Part shown: positions 19,869-26,920 of the stretch, piece by piece
How the letters are laid out: each line of letters begins with the position of its first letter
Numbering within the stretch: position 1 is the first letter of the stretch
Origin: Candidatus Peribacteria bacterium
GTDB taxonomy: Bacteria > Patescibacteriota > Gracilibacteria > Absconditabacterales > Absconditicoccaceae
Reading direction: 5' to 3'
Assembly (NCBI GenBank): GCA_023898485.1
Contig: CP060225.1
Coordinates: 513,704 to 545,703, forward strand
Length of the DNA: 32,000 bases
Made by a program: the position numbers and the translations under genes
The notes under the pieces: model-generated
Databases searched by the model: none
The model's input: the letters and a program-made list of their open reading frames with translations, nothing else
Told to the model about the DNA's origin: nothing

Positions 19869-21257
19869 CTATAGATTCATTACACCTAAGGCAAGATGCT
19901 CCAGAAAATAGGTTCTCTTCTTGATATAATCTTCACCGTATGGACCATAACCATACAGTAGCTCGTATACTACATTGGCAAACGATTCTGCATAATCTTC
20001 GTATGGAGACGCACGAGCATAATCAGTCACAAACTGCCAATCCTGACACAGACGATCATAGGAGTCTGTTGTTTTTCACATATCTCGGCAGATGGTATTA
20101 AAAGCGGTTTCACTTTCATCTCTCCGATGTTCATAATAGTGACCAATTTCATGTAAAATAGTCATATCTAAATTGATGGAGAAATTCATCAGATGCTCAT
20201 AACTAGCACACACTGGTATTTCGAAAATAAATCCCTGGAATACAATCGTACTTCACTCATCTACCGTGATATCATGCATACTAAGTGACGATTCTATCAC
20301 AGAGTGTGCACTGTCATAGTAGTACGTAGATACCTCCGGATCTAGTGTTATAGATTCTCATGCCACTGCCCCATCTTCTGTGATGAAACTAAACTGATAA
20401 TAAGCATCTCTCGCATCACACGATGCTGGTATCACAAAATCAATATGATGTAGAATACGATCTACATCACTCTTATCTATGATAGTGTGGTGTTGCAAAA
20501 GCGTTAAATTCTTAATAATTTTGTTTTTTGCTATCGCAATGAAAAGATCTGCATACTCAGCATCTACTCATGAGAGACTCTGCAAAAAGAAATCATAACT
20601 ATACACGCCGATCTGAGGCACTTCCTGTAAAAGATATGCAGCATTATTAATATATGAAATATCTCTCTGTTTCACGTAATTCAATAAATTAAACTTGGCT
20701 TCCTGTGCACGACTTACGTCATTGTCTGATGGAGCTTTTGGTATTATGAGCGTATCGTTGATATACTGTATATGGAACTCTTGCAATATCTTTTTGTAGT
20801 GGAGGTTAGCATACTTTTGTATACAGTATTCTTCATCAGAAAAGTTTTTTAATAGATGTCTTGTAGCGATGAATTTGGTAAATCTCTCGTATGAAAGTAA
20901 TAACTTTACATCTTCTGATAGTTCGTTTTCCTTTTCTATATTGATAGTATAGTCTATCATCTCTTGATAGCGCTCTTCGCCACGACGTTTAGTATCAGTG
21001 GGACAGTGGTCCAATAAAAAACGAATCAAATCATTGTATCTAATATTGTCTTCTATAGTTTTATCAGGATGTATCTGATCTTCATAATCTTCTACTAGCT
21101 GATATATCGATGATGGAGCGCTCGCATGAAGCGAAGTATGTGTTGTGATGGAGGTGTTCTTATGGTGTATCCACCACCAAACCACGATCATAATACTAAA
21201 AATTATCAGACTCAATCACACACAGACTCGACGACGATGTCAATGACAGGAAATCAT
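19869..21257 (-). CDS. Membrane-anchored putative zinc metallopeptidase (HEXXH)
   Basis: Track ORF 20568-21215 continues through TGA 20568-20570. I read the extension codon by codon to TAG 19869-19871. It contains ILHEIGHYYEH and a downstream TDYARASPYEDYAESFANV (HEXXH ... EDxAE third-ligand pattern). The upstream ATG 21255-21257 gives MISCHGHRRRVCVGLSLIIFSIMIVVWWWI, a positive patch followed by a TM segment. Confidence 0.7.
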
Positions 21258-21392
21258 ATCATTGTGTCAGATAAAATCTCTTGATATGAAGTATATTACC
21301 TATCATCTCTTCTGTCAAATTATCATATACGAAAAATTTCCCACAAAGGGAAATATCCGAATGAAAGTAATATATGATGCGTAAGACATATC

Positions 21393-21917
21393 TTAATGAG
21401 TATTTCTCTCAAACTCCTCCAGCATCTTTTGTTCCTCTGGAGAAAGTCTTGCAGCTGATGATGTACTGTTCTCCTCCTCAGTAGTGACAGACACATCACC
21501 TAAAGTGTCTCTATCGTCATCTGTATTCGTTATAGCAGTGTCGGTAGAAGTGGTGGCATCAATATCTAATATTTTATCCATTGCATCTATCACTGCTGCC
21601 TGATTATAATCAGTTTCTTTATCAATCTCGATAACATTTATTACACCACTATCTGATGAAGTATCTACATCACCTTCTCCATTATTTGATTCTTCTCTCT
21701 CTATTGTTTCATGCTTCTTTTCGTCTTCTGTAGATACTGATAGGTCCGTTACAATCAATTCGTCATCAAGCTCCATCACACGCTCTTGTATTGGTCGTCG
21801 TTTGGTAAGTGAAGTCACTACATTGCCTGTCCATACAGGTGCTATCCATGAGAGTAAAAGCAACAATATCGTAAATACCACTGTAAACACAATGATTCTG
21901 ACTAAGAAGAAGCGCAT
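21393..21917 (-). CDS. Hypothetical membrane-anchored acidic protein, 174 aa
   Basis: Complete ATG-to-TAA ORF without TGA. It has an N-terminal TM segment (FLVRIIVFTVVFTILLLLLSWI) followed by an Asp/Glu/Thr/Ser-rich tail. Confidence 0.5.
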   Translation of the reverse strand: MRFFLVRIIVFTVVFTILLLLLSWIAPVWTGNVVTSLTKRRPIQERVMELDDELIVTDLSVSTEDEKKHETIEREESNNGEGDVDTSSDSGVINVIEIDKETDYNQAAVIDAMDKILDIDATTSTDTAITNTDDDRDTLGDVSVTTEEENSTSSAARLSPEEQKMLEEFERNTH

Positions 21918-22001
21918 AGTTAGTATTGTGACAATATAAATTATTTACATATAATAAATATTATGTCAAGTATTGCAACTTTTTCGTACCCAACATGATA
22001 A

Positions 22002-22679
22002 CTAAGAGTTTACAAGCATATGTCCTACACAAGACAACTGTAAGTGATCGGCTGACTGTCTATTGTGCTTGGTCCCATAGAGCGTTTCACCTACGAGTGG
22101 ACTACCGATGCTCGCACAGTGGATGCGAATCTGATGCCTGATACCTCCACTAATAGTGATCAAAACAGATGTTTGGTTGGTGGACTCATCATAACTTAGC
22201 GGCTCCAATTGTGTCCATCATGATTGCCACTTGCCACCACTTGCCACCATCTTGATACTATTTGCTACCACCATTCTGTCATCAAGCTGTGGATGATGAG
22301 CAATATCTCGAGCAATAATCTTCGTCTGATCGAGTCTGCCCACTATTGTTCCAGTATAATATTTGATCAATTTTCCCTCTGCTTGTGCCTGACGATAGGT
22401 ATCAAAAATTTCCTGTGACTTCGCGAAATAGAGAAGTCCCGCAGTCGGCACATCAAGTCTATTGCAGAGTCACCATTCACTTTCGAGACTGAATATTTCC
22501 TGATTCTGACGCAGAAGTGTAATGAGGGTGTTATCATGGGTCTGGATGTATTTTTCCAATACCTCAAACATCGACAAATGAAAACCCCTGACACTTGGCA
22601 CGTCATGGGGCTTCCGAATATAGAAAAAATCAGTATCGTTGTATCGTGTGAGTTTACTTATGTTTGCGAGTCAGGACAT
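22002..22679 (-). CDS. RluA-family pseudouridine synthase (no S4 domain)
   Basis: Track ORFs 22218-22451 and 22002-22208 share a frame that extends upstream through TGA to ATG 22677-22679. It contains FFYIRKPHDVPS, the catalytic-Asp motif NRLDVPTAGLLYFAKS (HRLDxxTSG-like) and GGIRHQIRIHCASIGSPLVGETLYG. The start overlaps the secF 3' end by 26 nt. The stop is TAG 22002-22004. Confidence 0.8.
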
Positions 22680-23598
22680 GGAGAGATGTCGCTGAGATAA
22701 AGATACTTGAGAAGGTACCAGCGATGATACCCCAACCGATCACGTATGCGAACTGTTTGATCACACCGTCACCGATCACAAACATCGCGATCACCACTAC
22801 CAATGTAGAGAATGATGTACCCAACGATCTTCTCATGGTCTGCCAGATAGATGCATCGATCAGGTCAGCTACTTGATGTTTACCACTGACGATAGACTTC
22901 TCGTCTGCCATGGCATTTTCTTTGATTCTATCCAAGATAATAATGGTGTCATTGATACTATAACCGATGGTCGTCAGGATCGCAATGATGAAGATACTAT
23001 TGACCTGGATCGTCGGATCGATCGCCATCCAGATACCATACATACCCGCAGGGATAGATGCATCGAAAATCATCGTGATGATCGTAATAGATGCGAGTGT
23101 ATAAGGAGGGATCACCTTACGAGCATCACCGAATGAGAGCATCATATATACTGCCATCAGCACGATACCGATACCCAATGCCCAGACAGCAGACTTCTTG
23201 ATATAGTCACCAATACTTGGTCCGATGAACGTCAAACTATCTATCTGACCCTCATCAGCGATCGCCTGACTGGTCACGAGTGTCTCCTTGACAGCATCAA
23301 GCGCAGCAGCTACCTGACTGTCATCGAGCTGCATTTTGAGGAGAAGATCGGTGCCATTTTCGCTGACACTGGTGCTCACATCCTCGAGCTTCCAACTATT
23401 GTCTGTCGCCATCGTGGTGAGTGCACCTTCGACTGCAGACTGCTCGATTTCGTTGGTCGTATGTACCTGGACACCGCCTGTAAACTCGATCGAGAGCTTC
23501 ACATTACTAAAGAACAACCACCAACTCACCGCTACCAAAACTACACCCAGACCCAACCAGAGTGTGGAGTTTTTGGTGATACTAAAACCTCGTTTCAT
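22654..23598 (-). CDS. secF: Protein-export membrane protein SecF
   Basis: MKRGFSITKNSTLWLGLGVVLVAVSWWLFFSNVKLSIEFTGGVQV... is followed by a periplasmic domain and multiple C-terminal TM segments (GYSINDTIIILDRIKEN). The ORF contains no TGA. The start is placed at ATG 23596-23598, with alternatives at 23613 and 23685. No secD is adjacent. Confidence 0.85.
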   Translation of the reverse strand: MKRGFSITKNSTLWLGLGVVLVAVSWWLFFSNVKLSIEFTGGVQVHTTNEIEQSAVEGALTTMATDNSWKLEDVSTSVSENGTDLLLKMQLDDSQVAAALDAVKETLVTSQAIADEGQIDSLTFIGPSIGDYIKKSAVWALGIGIVLMAVYMMLSFGDARKVIPPYTLASITIITMIFDASIPAGMYGIWMAIDPTIQVNSIFIIAILTTIGYSINDTIIILDRIKENAMADEKSIVSGKHQVADLIDASIWQTMRRSLGTSFSTLVVVIAMFVIGDGVIKQFAYVIGWGIIAGTFSSIFISATSLHVLTRKHK

Positions 23599-23832
23599 GT
23601 CTCTTCTGTACATATGGATAAAACAATATTTGATACTAGATATGTGGTGGGGGTTTTGCAAGAGGGAGTGATACGATACGACCATTTGTCATAAAATCTA
23701 TCTTACTTTCTTCTCATCTACAAATGATTTCCTATTTAAATCCTGTGTTATAATTGCAACAATTATGGTTACATAATGAGCACAGGAATAGTACATTGGC
23801 ATCAAGATCTCAATAGCCTAACGGAATCTGTT

Positions 23833-24246
23833 CTATATGCAATGTGATATAATAGAAGGCATCTCAACAACCCACACACAGTAATTGATCTGGCTATTTT
23901 TTGTTAGCTCATGGAAGATGATATCATCTAGTCATCTCACTCCATAGACATACTCTTTGGAGAAGGTCTGTCCACCATTACTGTCGTAGGTTTGATGCTC
24001 TTGAGCAATATTCTGTCCATCATAGACATAGGTGATGAGTCTGGATTCATTACTTCATTGGTAGACTCTCTTACTCGTTCTACATCATAGTGGATCGTAG
24101 CTATATTCGATCTTGTAGGGGTCTTGGTTTCCTTCGTGGTTATTTTTGAGATTCGCTTCGATGAGTCTATTCTGGTAGTCGTAGGTAAATGTTCGCTTGT
24201 CGTTTTCGATGAGGCTGTTGCTCGTTTCACACAATAGAGAGTCATA
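23833..24246 (-). pseudogene. Truncated rhs core remnant (no start codon; homologous to part of the main rhs)
   Basis: The frame opens right after the TAA of the upstream gene. It reads ...NDKRTFTYDYQNRLIEANLKNNHEGNQDPYKIEYSYDPLGCRTSKRVYQGSNESRLITYVYDGQNIAQEHQTYDSNGGQTFSKEYVYGVRGLDDIIFHELTK, then diverges and stops at TAG 23833-23835. Nucleotides 23905-24213 align closely with 27329-27658 of the main gene. Confidence 0.7.
23905..24213. repeat. Rhs-core repeat B, downstream copy (pairs with 27329-27658)
   Basis: Long stretches are identical by eye, for example CTCTTACTCGTTCTAC.TCATAGTGGATC.TAGCTATATTCGATCTTGTAGGGGTCTTG. There is one indel: the main copy carries extra sequence encoding DNPAEDGAGHP. 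Confidence 0.75.
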
Positions 24247-24633
24247 TTAATAGAGCTCTACCTTATACCAATTAGATCACATATCTTTAATAATAAACTT
24301 GTATTCTTCGCTATTAATGTCGTTAATACTATACATATATCATGCTCATTGTAATTTATTGTACCATCATGATTTGAGAAATACAATATCCCCATTATTC
24401 ATTCTTATGATATTGTGTATATTATTTTTTTTCATAAAAGAAATACAATCAGCACATATATCACTCTTTTTATCAATTCATGTAATTGATGGATTTCAAT
24501 TCATATATACAACCATTGCTTCATAATCTCATATACTGTTTTTGAATCCATCAATAAGTTTTATATACTTAAAGAAAACAATAGATATAATACATAAGAC
24601 TGCAGCTATAATGATGATTTTTTTTATTCTCAT
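24247..24633 (-). CDS. Small N-terminally membrane-anchored protein, 128 aa; candidate immunity protein for the orphan toxin
   Basis: ATG 24631-24633 to TAA 24247-24249 contains seven TGA codons. Translation is MRIKKIIIIAAVLCIISIVFFKYIKLIDGFKNSIGDYEAMVVYMNGNPSITGIDKKSDICADCISF.... It lies 33 nt downstream of the type-44-like toxin ORF, on the same strand. Confidence 0.5.
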
Positions 24634-24666
24634 TATCACATAAACTTACAATCTAAAAATACGCAA

Positions 24667-25582
24667 TTACTGTAAATGATCGCGTAGCTTCTCTTCCGTT
24701 ACAATAAGTCCATATTTTTGATACATGGCATATCACAATTCTACTGTATTTCGATCACTAACTTCATCATTAAATTTATCAGAATATCTGTTACTACACT
24801 CATCCATAGTTAACACCGCACATCTTAATGTCATTTTTGCTGTGAACACATTAGCACTTCAATTAATTAACTCATTCATTGGCATACCTCCAGCTGCCCC
24901 GACATACCCGTAAAGCAGATTACCAAACCAATCATACGAATACTCATTATCTGCTATTAATACAGAAAATGCTTGTAGTGTTGCTGGAGAATATTCATAT
25001 CTCTTATAGTCTCGATCTCATCGTGGGCGAACTTTATTAAAGAAGTATAGATATTTATCAATAGATAGTTTATCTAATTTTATTTGAAGAGTAGAAATTT
25101 TGAATCTTTATTAATTCATTCTCAAAAAAAGATCAATCTCATCGATTTAATTCATTTTGTAAATTTACAATACTTCTTTTTATTGCAGATTCTTGAAGGG
25201 CATAATTCTGCATTAGAGCTCAATTATTTAACAGCTTATTGAGTGCATCTATTGTCATATCTGGAAGTACTTCTTTACTACTCAACCCCCATGGATCCAC
25301 ATAATTCACACTATTGTTCCTCACATAGCTATACGGATTCGGCCCATCGATATACAGCAGTGGATCACTGGAGATGAATCTTCCGAGTCTCGGAGAGTAA
25401 TATCTCGCTCTATAATAGTACAGATCAAGTTCTGCTTCGTATTCTCTAGCGATGTAGAGTCTGTAGTTTTCTAGTCATGGTTTGGATTCTTGCATGGATG
25501 TGTTTCCATTCTGCTGATTACCACTTGGATTACTAGTATTTGTGTTACTAGCGCATTGTTGAAATTTTGATATATAGTACAT
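24667..25582 (-). pseudogene. Orphan rhs C-terminal module: core tail, DPWGL, linker, then a type-44-like toxin domain in the +1 frame
   Basis: Frame 1 runs from ATG 25580-25582 to TAA 25070-25072. It reads MYYISKFQQCASNTNTSNPSGNQQNGNTSMQESKPGLENYRLYIAREYEAELDLYYYRARYYSPRLGRFISSDPLLYIDGPNPYSYVRNNSVNYVDPWGLSSKEV.... The +1 frame is open from 25107 to TAA 24667-24669. It reads ...VRPRGDRDYKRYEY...YDWFGNLLYGYVGAAGGMPMNELINGSANV...NDEVSDRNTVELGYAMYQKYG and has no start of its own. Confidence 0.65.
25286..25533. repeat. Rhs-core repeat A, orphan copy (pairs with 26921-27168)
   Basis: About 250 bp encoding NPSGNQQNGNTSMQESKPGLENYRLY.AREYEAELDLYYYRARYYSPRLGRFISSDPLLYIDGPNPYSYVRNNSVNY. The nucleotide sequences differ at only scattered positions by eye. 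Confidence 0.85.
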
Positions 25583-25589
25583 ACACTAT

Positions 25590-26261
25590 CTATGCACTAA
25601 AACAATCTTTCATATCAATTATACCTATATAAGATATATTATTAACGATATAGAATATAAAAACCGTATCCTGTATGTAGTATATTGTAGAGACATGATC
25701 TCTAATGAATCATGCATATTCCATATCCTCAGGAGAAGCTAAGGTGCTATCGTCATTAATATTGTTATGTTTATAAAAATCTATCTTTCATTGGTTGATA
25801 TCGATTATATCCTGTACAAACTGATAGTTATTGTCATAGTCATAAGATGCAATTACATCTGGTTTATAATCATCACTGTCTCCCAACCAACATATATCTT
25901 GCCATTGCAAATCATTATTAGTTTCTAATTGGTCCACAATATCTAGATTAAAATCAAATCATGATCAGTAGTATACTGCACCAAAAAACCCGTTATAATA
26001 ATATGTCTCATATGCATCCTCAAATCATGGGAAAAATGCGATATATCAATCAGCTCCAGGATTGTAAAAGATCCCTAAGCTATCCTTCACAAAATGATCC
26101 ATCATAGCAAAATCATTACTATTAAGTGCAGATAGTAGTCAAATAATATCATCATGCTGACTATCTATGTCTATATCTCTTCAACTATTGTCTAGAATAC
26201 TGCATCAAGATAATAACATACAACACAACACCCCAAAGTATCTTAGAAATATTACTTTCAT
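25590..26261 (-). CDS. Lipoprotein, 223 aa; candidate immunity protein for the amidase-tipped Rhs toxin
   Basis: ATG 26259-26261 lies 24 nt downstream of the rhs stop, and the ORF ends at TAG 25590-25592. MKVIFLRYFGVLCCMLLSGCSILDNSG has a lipobox LSGC whose Gly is TGA 26205-26207. The mature part is acidic and aromatic-rich (FFPGFEDAYETYYYNGFFGAVYYGSGFDFNLD) and matches no family I recognise. The ORF is invisible in the standard code. Confidence 0.6.
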
Positions 26262-26284
26262 ATCTAGATCGTTAATTATAAAAA

Positions 26285-26920
26285 CTACTTTTGATTCTCT
26301 CTTACGTATTGTATTACATCATCTGCAAACGATGTTGCTTCTCAAATATTTTTACAACTTACCCATGGGTGTGCGTATATATCATCAGCACTTAAACCAT
26401 ATGTATTTGCAACCGATAATGTTAATTCTTTTAAAGACTGTAGTTGATCACTAGTTAGTGGCTCACCAGTCATTCATACATTCTCTATTCAGATGGTGTT
26501 TTGGTTATTATTAGCATACTGATTTACTTCATCTGTTTGATGCCAGTCATCTACTCATCAGTTATAAACATATTCCCTCAAGGTATTTACACAGTATTCA
26601 TTTGCTCCATTGTGTCGAGCTATCTGTGTATCAGGATCAAGTGTCCCATATATTTGACCATCAGTATCTATAATATAGTGAGCACTTGCAGTACCTTTGG
26701 GTCGCGTATAATCTAATGTAGATTCTAAGGTTGTTGCATTGGTTTGGTGTAGAATAATAGCTTGTATTCATTCTCATTGACGATCTCGATGTCAATAATT
26801 ATATTTTTCAGCATATGACCAATCAATATCAATTCATCACAAATTATCAATTCGTTCATTAATACTATTTGTAAATGTGTTACTCTTAATGTTATCATAT
26901 AGTATAGCACTACTCTCTAA
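26285..26920 (-). other. Rhs C-terminal toxin tip: Amidase_2 (N-acetylmuramoyl-L-alanine amidase / PGRP)-like domain
   Basis: After DAWGL the protein reads ...GIQAIILHQTNATTLESTLDYTRPKGTASAHYIIDTDGQIYGTLDPDTQIARHNGANEY...NTIGIENVGMTGEPLTSDQLQSLKELTLSVANTYGLSADDIYAHPWVSCKNIGE. This follows the Amidase_2 order: IxIHxT (His ligand), AHYxIDxDGxIxQ, AxHxG, NxIGIE, TxxQxxxLxxL, then IxxH....C (His/Cys ligands). Confidence 0.6.

Noticed and set aside
20090-20105. Suspected frameshift splitting the HEXXH motif from the EDYAE motif in the metallopeptidase gene
   Set aside because: On first pass I misread the line break and counted five A's, which created an in-frame TAA. Recounting gives ATTAAAAGCGG with four A's. 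The frame stays open from 21257 to TAG 19869-19871.
25121-25134. The A7/T7 homopolymer (CTCAAAAAAAGATC) as the site of the orphan-toxin frameshift
   Set aside because: Shifting at this run leads straight into TAA codons in both alternative frames. The +1 frame only opens at 25107, so the shift must lie in 25073-25107.
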